A stretch of 64,000 nucleotides of DNA from NCBI GenBank assembly GCA_965603825.1, contig CBFDEM010000035.1, forward strand, positions 682,001-746,000, in the 5' to 3' direction. The notes under the pieces were generated by a model. That model was not told the DNA's origin, made no database searches, and saw nothing but the letters and a program-made list of their open reading frames with translations. The translations under genes were made by a program, and so were the position numbers. Positions 1-10,772 of this stretch are shown here, piece by piece. Position 1 is the first letter of the stretch. The number at the start of each line of letters is the position of its first letter. This stretch comes from Blepharisma stoltei ATCC 30299 (lineage: Eukaryota; Protista; Ciliophora).

Positions 1-968
1 TCCTCCTATATTTGCAGGATAAGCACTTCCAACTTTTGACGAGAAGGCGCCATATGTGCGGGAAATAATTATTTGGTAATGTTTTTACTATCTCAGCTAA
101 TTCTCTAGGTGAGAACTCATCAATTCTTCTAACGCATGATTTAAAAATACTTTTTCATCTTCAGGTCTTCCAACAACCTATGGGTCAATAGCACTAATGA
201 TTTTCCTCTTAAGGGTATTAATTTTCGTTATAGCCCGTTCCCAGGGCTATAATCAAAGGAGAAATAATTATTAAATTTTAATATTTTATAACAAAATGCA
301 ATTAAATAAAGAGTTGTTTGTTTGAAGCTTGAGAAATTTTAATTATTTTTTATTAAGCTATGCTGAAAGTGTTCAAATTGTTATAATTTCGATCCATTTT
401 GGCTGGCCTTAAATTTATACAGGCCATATACCAGATATTAAATGGCTTTCTTAACTCCAGAAATTGACTGAATTCAATAATTTCTTAACTCCAGAAATTC
501 AATAATTTGCTATTAATCGTGATTTTTTTACTAAAAAATCAATCATAGCTCCCTTCCTAGAAGTAATAAAATTATTTAATTTTAAAGCACTATAATTTAT
601 AAAATATAGCTTGCATTAATTTGCAATGAGCCAGTAGCGGATTCTTGTCTTTAGATAAAAGATTATTGGAAGTACGCTCTCTACACTAGAGAGATAGGAT
701 AATACTTTTGGAATATATAAATAAACTTAATCAGGTATGATCGAGCTTAAAGGGCAGCTACCCAGAAAATATTGATCAAGGCGCATATGCTGGTTTTTAA
801 GATCAGCTCAAGATTGAGACTGATTAAGCTGCAAAAATTTAAAAAGTTTTTGCGAATATTAGAATAAAAATTAGTTCAATAAATTTAATAAAGCTAATCT
901 TTGCCTTAAGGCTGAAATATTTACATAAGTCCATTTTTTTCCTTTATCTAAAAGCTTAATAAAAATAT

Positions 969-2685
969 ATGGTAGTGGTAGCGTTTATTCTTATCCTGAT
1001 GTTTGGAGCTTCTGCAATGCAAGACAACATCATTGAGTATGAAGAAAATTCTAATGGTGGCTTAAAAACTCCTATTACAGATCCTGAGATTCTTAATCAG
1101 CTTTTCCAAAACAACGAAGGATCTCGCCAAGAAATAAGATCAAATGCTACAGAAAAAGAAAGAAAACTAACACCAACTTGCACAAATGGTCAAAATAATT
1201 GCCAGACTTGTGCATCTGCAAGCTATTGTCAACAGTGCACTACAAATGCTGCTATTCCTGACACTTATGGTGGATGCACTTCATCATATATGAGAAATTG
1301 TGCTATAGTTTCTTCCGCTACTGTATGTGAAACTTGCAAAGCAGACCATTACAAAGGCTGTGCATCATGTAGTGCCTTAATGGAAGGTTGTCTTACTTGC
1401 TCTGATGATGGAAAATGCACCAAATGTGATTCAGGATATCAATTAGTTTCGGATTTTTCTTGCGGGAAATGCAGTGATTCAAACTGCGATACCTGCACAG
1501 GCGGAGGTTTAACTTGCAATACATGCAAAACAGGGTATTTTGAGGAATCTGGCAGTTGTAAGCCATGCTATGACTTTAGTCCAAATTGTAGGGAATGTCT
1601 AAGAAAGAACTTCTGTACCAAATGTACGGGAGGAGATATAGCAAATGATAAAGGCGCTTGCACTTTCTTATCAATTCCAAATTGTAAAGTAGTCTATTCT
1701 GTGACAGGCAAATGTAGCACTTGTGAGAGCGGGTATTACCTTAATGGTGAATCCTGCGACCAAATAATAGTATGCACAGGCACTCAATACTGGGATGGTG
1801 TCAACAAGCAATGCCAGGAATGCAGCACAATTGATACAGACTGCACCGCTTGCACCTCAGATGGAAAATGCACTTCATGTATGGCTGGAAAAATACTTAA
1901 TGATTTAAACTCATGCTCCGATTCACCTCTTACTCATTGTTCTTTGGTTAGAGGTACAGATCCAAATTATTGCACGAAATGCTCAACTGGATATATCTCT
2001 GACGGAGCAGGAGGGTGCATACAGTCTCAACTACAGTATTGTGACGTGGCCTCTGATGCTGGTACTTGCACAACCTGCTCTAGTGGAGCTGCTTTCAGCT
2101 GCGCCTCTTGCAACGCAATTAATACAATCTCTAATTGCGCTTGTGCTTCTCAAGGCGGCTCAGTTTGTGCCATATGCAATGATGGCCTTAGTCTTATTGC
2201 AGGTATATGCTCTCTAGGTATTTTTCTATTTAGCTTGTTCTTCTAATTGTGCGACTTGCTCTTCGAAGGACGTATGCACTCAATGCAATTCAGGATATTT
2301 CCTTTATGATGAAAGTGCGACTAAAACAAGCTGTGTTTGTAAGATTTATTTAGCATGTGCCGATTCGTGCAATTTATGCACTAATAGTCCTAATTGTTAT
2401 AAGTGTGCTGACTTAGTAGTCCAAGATGGAAGTTCGTGCAGAGTGGATAAAGTAGGATATCAATTGAGTTTCGACTCTCCAGATGTCGTTATTGATTTAG
2501 CTCATCCACTTTCGAAAACGGTGGGATTTGATTCTTTTACAGCTTCTAAAGGTCAAGTTTCTGTTCCTACAGGAGGTTGGAGTATTAAATCATCGACAGT
2601 AAGTCAGATCAAGGTTCAGACTGATTTGGATGAAACTAAGCTTCCAATTGATATCACATTCAGCTTTAAGCAGAATGAATCTTAA
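969..2685 (+). CDS. Cys-rich (CxxC/furin-like repeat) secreted or surface protein, tandem copy 1; introns 2218-2233 (16 nt) and 2339-2353 (15 nt)
   Basis: Signal peptide MVVVAFILILMFGASA and dense CxxC...GY repeats. Removing gtatttttctatttag restores colinearity with paralog 3038-4732 (CSL|ACSSNC) through to FSFKQNES-TAA. The second intron gtaagatttatttag is shared with the paralog. Confidence 0.85.
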
Positions 2686-3037
2686 AGTTAAAAAACTTTT
2701 CTAATCTGATTTAAAAATACAGGCAGATGCTATAAAATGAACTTAAGTAAATATGGTCGAGTTTAAAGGCCAGCTGCCTAGCAAATATTGATCAAGGGCA
2801 TGAGCACGTTTTTAAGATCAGCTCAAGATTGAGACTGATTAAGCATTCAAAACGCTGCTTAATCGGTGAGAGCCATAATAGGACCACAAATAAAGATGCC
2901 AAGCTTTAGCATCCAATTATATTGCAAAAGTTTAATACAACTTTTGGAAATTTTAGAATAGTTTAATTTTTAACTTAAGGCTGAAATATTTACATAAGTC
3001 CATTTTTTTCCTTTATCTAATAGCTTAATAAAAATAT

Positions 3038-4732
3038 ATGGTAGTGGTAGCGTTTATTCTTATCCTGATGTTTGGAGCTTCTGCAATGCAAGACAACATC
3101 ATGGAGCATGAGGAAAGTTCTAAAGCTCCCGTTTCAGATCCTGAGATTCTTAATCAGCTTTTCCAAAACAACGATATTCAAGGATCTAGCCAAGAAATAA
3201 GATCAAATGCTACAGAAAAAGAAAGAAAACTAACACCAACTTGCACAAATGGTCAAAATAATTGCCAGACTTGTGCATCTTCAACACTTTGCGGAACTTG
3301 CACCTCATATACAGATATTCCTGACATAGATGGTGGATGCACCGCATCAAGTATGAAAAATTGTGCTGTTGTTTCTTCCAGTTTTGAATGTAGCATTTGC
3401 AATGTAGGCTATACTCAAGGCTGTACATCATGTAATGACTTAATATTAGGTTGTACTGGTTGCACTAATAGTGGGAAATGCAACACTTGTGCTTCAGGAT
3501 ATTATTTAAATATGGATCGGACTTGCTCGACATGCGAAGTTTCAGGCTGCGATACTTGTACAAGCGGTCAAACTTGCTCTAAATGCGCAACAGGGTATTA
3601 TTTGGACTCTAACAGTTGCAAGGCATGCTCCGGATTTAATAAAAATTGCCAAGAATGTTCTGGAGCTGGCTTCTGCACCAATTGTAAAACGGGATATGTA
3701 GCATCTGATTCAGGCACTTGCTTTGCATCATCAATTCCAAATTGTAAAGTGCTTAATGCTGATGGAGTCTCATGTAAAACTTGTCTGAGCGGGTATTACG
3801 AGAATAATGGCTCCTGCGCCCAAATAGCATGCACAGGCATTCAATACTGGGATGGTGTCAACAAGCAGTGCACGATGTGCAGCACAATTGATCCAGATTG
3901 CACCATTTGCACCTCAGATAAAAAATGCACTTCATGTTCAGTTGGAAAAATAGCTAACGATGCAGGCTTATGCTCCACTTCAACTCTTACTCATTGTTCT
4001 TTGGGTAATAGCACAGATCCAAAATATTGCACGAAATGCTCAACTGGATATATCTCTGACGGAATAGGAGGGTGCATACAGTCTCAACTGCAGCGTTGTA
4101 AAGAGGCTTCTAGTGCTACTGTTTGCAAAATCTGCTCTAGCGGAACTGCTTCCGGCTGTGGCCCTTGCAGCCCAACTAGTGCAGTCCCTGATTGCGCTTG
4201 TGCTTCTCAAGGCGGTTCAGTTTGTACCAGATGCAATGATGGCTATACTCTTAAGGCAGGCTCATGCTCTCTAACCATAGCTTGCTCTTCTAATTGTGCA
4301 GATTGTTCTTCGATAGACATATGCACTCAATGCAATTCAGGATATTTCCTTTATGATGAAAGTGCGACTAAAACAAGCTGTGTTTGTAAGATTTATTTAG
4401 CATGTGCCGATTCGTGCAATTTATGCACTAATAGTCCTGTTTGTTTTGAGTGTGCTGACTTAGTAGTCCAAGATGGAAGTTCGTGCAGAGTGGATAAAGT
4501 AGGATATCAATTGAGTTTCGACTCTCCAGATGCCGTTATTGATTTTGCTCACCCACTTTCGAAAACGGTGGGATTTAATTCTTTTACAGCTTCTAAAGGT
4601 CAAGCTTCTGTTCCTACAGGAGGTTGGAGTATCAAATCATCGACAGTAAGTCAGATCAAGGTTCAGACTGATTTGGATGAAACTAAGCTTCCAATTGATA
4701 TCACATTCAGCTTTAAGCAGAATGAATCTTAG
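3038..4732 (+). CDS. Cys-rich (CxxC/furin-like repeat) secreted or surface protein, tandem copy 2; probable 15-nt intron 4386-4400
   Basis: 564-codon ORF with signal peptide and CxxC repeats; near-identical termini to copy 1. In-frame gtaagatttatttag matches the intron consensus, and splicing gives CVSCADSC. Confidence 0.88.
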   Translation: MVVVAFILILMFGASAMQDNIMEHEESSKAPVSDPEILNQLFQNNDIQGSSQEIRSNATEKERKLTPTCTNGQNNCQTCASSTLCGTCTSYTDIPDIDGGCTASSMKNCAVVSSSFECSICNVGYTQGCTSCNDLILGCTGCTNSGKCNTCASGYYLNMDRTCSTCEVSGCDTCTSGQTCSKCATGYYLDSNSCKACSGFNKNCQECSGAGFCTNCKTGYVASDSGTCFASSIPNCKVLNADGVSCKTCLSGYYENNGSCAQIACTGIQYWDGVNKQCTMCSTIDPDCTICTSDKKCTSCSVGKIANDAGLCSTSTLTHCSLGNSTDPKYCTKCSTGYISDGIGGCIQSQLQRCKEASSATVCKICSSGTASGCGPCSPTSAVPDCACASQGGSVCTRCNDGYTLKAGSCSLTIACSSNCADCSSIDICTQCNSGYFLYDESATKTSCVCKIYLACADSCNLCTNSPVCFECADLVVQDGSSCRVDKVGYQLSFDSPDAVIDFAHPLSKTVGFNSFTASKGQASVPTGGWSIKSSTVSQIKVQTDLDETKLPIDITFSFKQNES

Positions 4733-5050
4733 AAGTTAAATAACTTTCTCTCATTCTTAGCCACATGGTTAGCAGCTAATTTTTCTGGCTCTGCTCTCAC
4801 TGAAATCCCATTTGCTAAATGCCCTAATGGCCTTTCCTTAAAATTGGCTATTATAAGTACTGGGTTATTAATGAGTCTCAGAATTTTTTGTTATTGTGCT
4901 TAAAAAGGCATTTATTCTAACTTCTTCCACTTTTAAATCGGAACAAAGAATCCTTCCCCAATTTAAAAAAAATAAAAAATTCACATTTACTATACAACTA
5001 TCAAAAACCCCTTACATTTATATCAATGATTACCTTTTGCGATTAATTAA

Positions 5051-6124
5051 TTAGCTCGGCGAGGCATAGTTGCAAAGCTCCAACGCCTCAAGATGAATCC
5101 CTGCAGGATTGTTGTGAAGCCCAAGTTCCTTTAAAACTTCAACAGGCTCCATGACAGTTATTGGACTCTCAAACTTAATGTGGATTTTCGACCTCTGAAT
5201 GTTCGTCTTTATCGAAACCTACATTTCTCTTACTTCTTCACTAGATTCTGAGGACACAGTGATCAGCGTAAAAGGCAATCTTAGCCTGTCGCTGGCGCTC
5301 TGCAAATTCTTGTTCCTCTCAATTAAATTTTTAATTGCAACATAATGTTGTAAAAGCTGTTTGAGTTTTTTTCTTTTAGAAATAAACGTTTCTGAGTTTT
5401 CAGACTTAAAGCACAGTCTGTAAGAACTTTTATTGCGGGACTCCACCATTTTGCCTCTTTTTTGTAAAATTTCAGCAGCAATCAGGACGTTAAGTGCGTC
5501 GTAAACCCTTCTCCTGACGTTTTTTTCGTCCTTAAAGTCCTCGTCCCCTTGGTTGCTTTGCAACTCCCTCAGCAACTCATCAGCGACGTCTTTATAAGTT
5601 GCGCTCCCAAACCTCTCAACAATTTCCTTTACTCTCCAGCTCAATGCTTTAAGCCCATTACGAGATCTCAAAGTAGTGCTGGGCGGAGTGCACATCAGCT
5701 CGATTTTTTTGTTTGACGATGGAGTGGTCTCGCACCACATCGTCGTTAGGCTTGACTCTTCAAAAAATTCAGGCGATTGAGGATAAATATCAAGACCAAT
5801 TCCATTTGGACTGGAAATTAAATTAATATGGTTGTCATAATATGGCTTCATCTCCCTTAGTCCATTTTGTATTTCTCAATTAGAAGAAAGGGGAGGGAGG
5901 TCAGTCAGATATTCTTTATGGATAGTGGACAGGACTTCTTCATTCGACAAAAATTTTCTTGAATGCGGAGAATAGCTCAGATTCTTGTAAATTAAAGCTA
6001 ATAAGAAGTCGCCTTCTGTGAATTGTTTATATTTCTGTAAAATAGAAGCAGCTGACTCCGAACTGCGGAGCTCAGAAATCATTTCTTTTATGTATGAAGG
6101 GTATTCACTTCCGGTCTCTAACAT
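5051..6124 (-). CDS. E2F/DP-family transcription factor (DP-like); TGA=Trp at 5876-5878; intron 5219-5233
   Basis: DP winged-helix signature TYKDVADEL...DEKNVRRRVYDALNVL. ORFs 5876-6124 and 5219-5851 are in frame across a TGA. The 15-nt intron gtaagagaaatgtag removes a TAG and the frame continues to TAA at 5051-5053. Confidence 0.88.
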
Positions 6125-6493
6125 GGAATTAATCTCAAATTAATGATGATGGCGATTTAAGAACATGGATTGGGAATTGGAAAGATGTTTTATTTAACAT
6201 TTTATGCACAGTCAAATACTTATAACTAATATTTCAAATCGAAGAAAGTAAAGCTTATAGTAAGATAGCCAAAGAATTATTGTCTTGTGCGTGAATGCTT
6301 CATTTTCGCCAAAAATGGTTTGCTTAATGATAAAATTTTCAAAAAATATTAATTCTATTCTATTATTTTTTCTCTGCAGCCCATTTATTATGACTCTTTT
6401 CTTTAGAATCCCCACGATTAATAAAACCGAATCATTCTTAAGGTCATCCCAGAATCTTGGTTCTCAAGCAATCAAGAATTAAATTATTCATTT

Positions 6494-8923
6494 ATGAAAA
6501 TGGCTCGGATAACTGCTATAGGAAGAATTGACGATTCAAGGTTTCAAAAAGTTAAAAAAATATCTGAAGACCTTCATGAGTCTGCACAAATTGAAATAGA
6601 AATCCAAGGGCATTTCGAATCACAGCTAGATCCAGCAATAAAATCCTTGATGGAAACCCTTCAAATCCAATTCTTAAAAGATCAATCCCTTATAGTTACT
6701 CTAGACGACCACTATTTAGGCTCTTTAGAAGAGCTCGAGTCCTGGGCTTTCACAAATTTCCATTATTTTGACCACACTCCTTTCTCTTTTTACGAAAAAC
6801 AATCAAGAATCCAGAAAACGAAAACTATCATGAACTCAGAAAATATTTTTGTCGAGCTTGCTATCGCAATGGACCGTCAGCGGAAACCAGTCATAATAGA
6901 GCTTTTCCATAGGATTTGTCCAAAGTCATGCCAAGAATTTATAGAGCTCTGCTTAGAAAAAAAGAAAAATTCCAAAGGAGAAATCCTTTCATATAAAGGA
7001 ACTCCTTTCAACAGAGTTGTGCAAGGGTGTTATATTATGGGAGGCTATTTAAGCCAAGAATATGACGATAGCAATGAGCTGAATTCTGAGTGTTTCCAAA
7101 TTAAGCATGACAGAGAAGGACTAGTTGGAGTTACCAGAAAAGGAAAAGGGCTATTTTATATAACTTTGAGATCTCTGCCTCATTTAGATAGGAAATATAT
7201 TATTATTGGCAAAGTAGTGGAAGGGATGGAAACAGTCAGAGCTATTAATGAAGTTGAGCTTAATTACCAACACCCTATTTCTCCACCAATTTTAGCCCAA
7301 ACAACGCTGCTGCCTAAACCTTTTGATATTTTTCATGACGATCTAGATTTATTGCATTACTATGTTTCTAATATCTCACGGATATTGCCAGATTTTAATA
7401 TAATAAAGAAAAAAATTGCAAGCAAGCCTATAACAGAAGAAGCAGGTACTCTTATAAGCCAAAGGTCAGTTATAGATGATATGCAAAAACAGAAAGAAGG
7501 GTCCCGAAAAACAAAAATTGTCTGTACGCTTGGTCCAGCCTGTAGTGAAGTCCCTATAATTACAAAATTGATAGAAAATGGCATGAATGTGGCCAGGCTT
7601 AATTTGGCCCACGGGGACAAAAAATCGCACGAAGAGATTCTTCACAATCTGGATATCGCTTGTGAGCAGACCGGAGAAGAAGTTGCTGTTATGGTCGACA
7701 CAAAAGGTCCTGAAGTAAGGACAGGAATCAATAAAAAACACGCACCTATAGCCTTAGAAAGAGGGCAAGAACTAGAAATTACAACTGATCGCACAGTAAA
7801 AGGAACCAAAAATATAATTTCAATTACAAGTCCTGAGATTTTTAGCTATATTAAAATTGGCAGCACAGTCTTGATCTCTGACGGCGGTATTATATGTGAA
7901 ACTCTAGATATCCGGCCATCTCTCTTTAAAGTTAGAGTGATAAGTGCATCAGTACCTCTTTTAGAGCATCAAAATATTACTGTATTAGGCTCTCGTATAG
8001 GAATAACCAAACGTGTTGTAGAAAATGACGAGCTTTTATTAGAATTAGTATCAAGCCACAAAATAGATTTTGTAGCCATTAGCTTTACACAAAGAAAGCA
8101 AGATGTTATCGATATGAGACAACTTTTGGGAGAAAATGGAAAATTTATCAAAATTATTGGAAAAATAGAAAATATCGAAGGGTTAGAAAATACTGAAGAA
8201 ATTGTAAAAGAAAGTGATGGAGTTATGGTGGCAAGAGGAGACCTAGGGATGAACTTACCTAATGAAAAAGTGTTTTTAGCTCAGAAGTTTATAATTAGCA
8301 TTGCAAATCAATACGCAAAACCTGTGCTGACTGCTACTCAAATGCTAGAATCAATGATCAAGAACCCGCGCCCAACAAGAGCTGAAGCAAGTGATATCGC
8401 TAATGCAATTATTGATGGAACTGATGCCGTTATGCTTTCTTCAGAAACTTGTATTGGGCAGTTTCCTATAGAAGCTCTAACATTTATGTCAAAAATTTGT
8501 CTGGAGGCTGAAAAATACCAAGAAACTTTAAAAAAGCAGATCAAGGGCGACTTTGTAGCAGGGTCAAGAGAAGGCACATGCAAAGCTGCTGCAAATATTT
8601 CGAACCAAAGAGGAGCTAATGTTATAGTCGTATTTAGCGATAGAGGTGGGACTGCAAGACTTGTCGAGAAATATCGGCCTAAAGCCCCAATTTTTGTGCT
8701 TTCTACTAATGAAGCTACAATCCGCCAGTTAAAATTCTATAGAAATCTTTGGGGAATTAAGATAGAGAAATATGAGCAATTAGAAGTGATGATAAATAAT
8801 GCATTTGAAGAGCTTAAACGGAGACTGGTAGCAAGATCTGGAGATCATGCTGTCATTGTATATGGGCATTCAGAAAATAACCCTAATAAAGCGGATGCGT
8901 TGACTTTTAGAGGAATTCCTTAA
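6494..8923 (+). CDS. PPIL6-like cyclophilin / pyruvate kinase fusion protein (809 aa)
   Basis: aa ~1-270 resemble PPIL6: N-terminal domain plus IIELFHRICPKSCQEFIELC, YKGTPFNRVV, FYITLRSLPHLDRKYIIIGKVVEG. From RKTKIVCTLGPA (7505) there is a full pyruvate kinase: DTKGPEVRTG, KIEN, MVARGDLG, ATQMLESMIKNPRPTRAE. No intervening stop. Confidence 0.93.
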   Translation: MKMARITAIGRIDDSRFQKVKKISEDLHESAQIEIEIQGHFESQLDPAIKSLMETLQIQFLKDQSLIVTLDDHYLGSLEELESWAFTNFHYFDHTPFSFYEKQSRIQKTKTIMNSENIFVELAIAMDRQRKPVIIELFHRICPKSCQEFIELCLEKKKNSKGEILSYKGTPFNRVVQGCYIMGGYLSQEYDDSNELNSECFQIKHDREGLVGVTRKGKGLFYITLRSLPHLDRKYIIIGKVVEGMETVRAINEVELNYQHPISPPILAQTTLLPKPFDIFHDDLDLLHYYVSNISRILPDFNIIKKKIASKPITEEAGTLISQRSVIDDMQKQKEGSRKTKIVCTLGPACSEVPIITKLIENGMNVARLNLAHGDKKSHEEILHNLDIACEQTGEEVAVMVDTKGPEVRTGINKKHAPIALERGQELEITTDRTVKGTKNIISITSPEIFSYIKIGSTVLISDGGIICETLDIRPSLFKVRVISASVPLLEHQNITVLGSRIGITKRVVENDELLLELVSSHKIDFVAISFTQRKQDVIDMRQLLGENGKFIKIIGKIENIEGLENTEEIVKESDGVMVARGDLGMNLPNEKVFLAQKFIISIANQYAKPVLTATQMLESMIKNPRPTRAEASDIANAIIDGTDAVMLSSETCIGQFPIEALTFMSKICLEAEKYQETLKKQIKGDFVAGSREGTCKAAANISNQRGANVIVVFSDRGGTARLVEKYRPKAPIFVLSTNEATIRQLKFYRNLWGIKIEKYEQLEVMINNAFEELKRRLVARSGDHAVIVYGHSENNPNKADALTFRGIP

Positions 8924-9034
8924 TTAATTATGCTTGCCTTTATAAAGGGCATTTTAGCATTTTCAACTGACTGCATAAGAAATCTAAACACTTAATTTTT
9001 GTTATCTATATGGCGCTATTTTTTATATTATTTT

Positions 9035-9722
9035 ATGCAAAAAGAATCAAAATTTAGCAAAACACTAGCAGGATCTGTAATTAATTTCCTCCGAAGCGCT
9101 CAGCCTGCTCCTTTTGATGCTATTCTTGCCCATCTTGAAGGTGTTTATCAGTCACTGAGAAATATTTCTGGAGCTAAGTATAAAGGGAATGACATCCCAA
9201 GATCTTTGAGGGGTTTATCGCATTTAAAAGCATTTAAAATCAATGGAGATATGTGATCTCTTGACGTAAAAATCCAATCAGGAAGATAAAGCCAAGGAAT
9301 ACGAAACTATGAAATCATCACTCTTAGAAAAACGCAAAAAGAGAAGCAGGGCCAGCAATAAGCTGCCTTCAGTGCCTAGCACCACAAAAAACTCAAAATT
9401 TATTTACATGCTTGAGCATTACTCAGTCATTCTGAAAAGGGACCCAATTTTCAGCAAGCTCTTTAAAGACTCATTTAAGGTAAATTTAAAACAGAAAGTA
9501 AAAGGAAATGAACAAATAGAAGAATGCATCCAAAAGGTAGGATCATGAGAAAGACTACTAGGAATGGTCCAAGGATATGTAATTACTGCAAATTATTGTA
9601 TGCTTTATGTAGTTGAAGAGTTGAAAACCAAAATGGAAATGAATGAGCACAACCCAGAATTAGAAGAAACATACAGGTTTTTGCTAGGACATTTAAATAA
9701 AATTGAGCAGCTGGCTGAATAA
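9035..9722 (+). CDS. Hypothetical protein; introns 9266-9281 (16 nt) and 9480-9494 (15 nt); TGA=Trp at 9254 and 9546
   Basis: The 16-nt intron gtaaaaatccaatcag joins ORFs 8999-9256 and 9309-9548 in frame; the frame then runs to TAA 9720-9722. No recognised family. Confidence 0.7.
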
Positions 9723-9825
9723 ATAATTTTTTATCGTAAATTTCTATGAAACAGCTGTTGAAGAATTATCATTTTGAAGATGACCATAATTTCTATATAA
9801 ATGTTAATTATCTGAAATAAAATTC

Positions 9826-10725
9826 ATGGACAACGAAAAGTCTAATGATGCGATCTATGCATCTATGGTTGGCACCTGCATTTTAAGTGTGATCGGATCA
9901 ATTTTTGTAATTTCTGCCTACATTTTATTCAAAGAACTAAGAGCGTTTGCTTTTAAACTGGTCGCTTATTTAGCTTTTGCCGACATGTGCTCTGCTTTAG
10001 GTATTTTCTACTTAGTTTACATGATCCCTTGAAAAGTTTCAGACCCTCTCTGCCAATTTCAAGCCTCAGTCAGTCTTTATTTTGACCTTTCCGGTGTTTT
10101 ATGATCAAATATCATCGCTCATGCACTTTATTCAGCAGTTATCAGGCACAAGCCTATAGAGCTTTACCACACAAAATACCTCATTTATGCATTCACAATT
10201 CCAATAATCCCTGCAGTCATCCCTTTTATCTCTAACGATTATGGGAGTTCTGGAGCCTGATGCTGGATATCAGGAACATCAGTTTACCAAAATTTAGAAA
10301 AATATTTTTTATTTTATATTCCTATGTGATTTGTATTAATTTACAATGCTGTGGTGTACTTAAAAGTGATAAGAAAAATAAAAAATGAAGCAGATATAGG
10401 GAGTAGAGAAAACAAGCTGAAAAGGAAACTGGTGAGGAAACTGAAATTGTACCCAATTATTTTTCTTATATGTCAGGTTCCTGTTACAATCTATAGAGTA
10501 TGAGGAACAATTAAAGAGCTTGACTGGACTGATTATGATCCTGATGATAGTTTTTGGATACTTTGAATTGCAGCAGTCAGTATGTGCTCAAATGGAGCAC
10601 TAAATTCAATTGCATATGGACTGACAGGAGTCGTAAAAAAGAAACTGAGAGAAGTGATATGTAGAAGGAAAAAAAATCCGCTTGAAGACTCTATGATGTA
10701 TGATATAGTGAAGGAAGAAATTTAA
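9826..10725 (+). CDS. 7-TM GPCR, cAMP-receptor (cAR)/GCR1-like; intron 10001-10015
   Basis: Hydrophobic helices, LRAFAFKLVAYLAFAD, LCQFQA, YGSSGA[TGA]CWI, LKLYPIIF, NGALNSIAYG. Continuous frame with TGA=Trp to TAA 10723-10725. Confidence 0.88.
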
Positions 10726-10772
10726 AAAATAAATTATCCTTCAATTATATAGACTGTATTTAAAAATATAAA

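Larger units (their letters stand above)
720..4745 (+). repeat. Tandem ~2 kb duplication of the Cys-rich gene with its upstream region
   Basis: Shared upstream blocks (aatattgatcaaggg; tttttaagatcagctcaagattgagactgattaagc; ~60 nt before each ATG) and near-identical 3' coding ends. Boundaries approximate. Confidence 0.85.

Noticed and set aside
228-252. 9-bp inverted repeat TTATAGCCC/GGGCTATAA
   Set aside because: Short and with no associated feature; plausible by chance.
447-508. Local 19-nt direct repeat tttcttaactccagaaatt
   Set aside because: Two copies only; a simple slippage duplication, not a CRISPR array or element end.
4266-4280. Possible 15-nt GC-AG intron gctctctaaccatag in Cys-rich copy 2
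   Set aside because: It lacks the A at -6 seen in all 14 introns, and its removal would delete a Cys conserved in copy 1.
6212-6482. Overlapping 65-67 aa ORFs between DP and the PK fusion
   Set aside because: Low-complexity AT-rich intergenic sequence with no homology cues.
7360-8583. Short antisense ORFs inside the PK fusion (and similar ones inside PheRS, the WD40 channel, Der, aquaporin and HMG genes)
   Set aside because: Shadow ORFs opposite well-supported genes, with no recognisable motifs.
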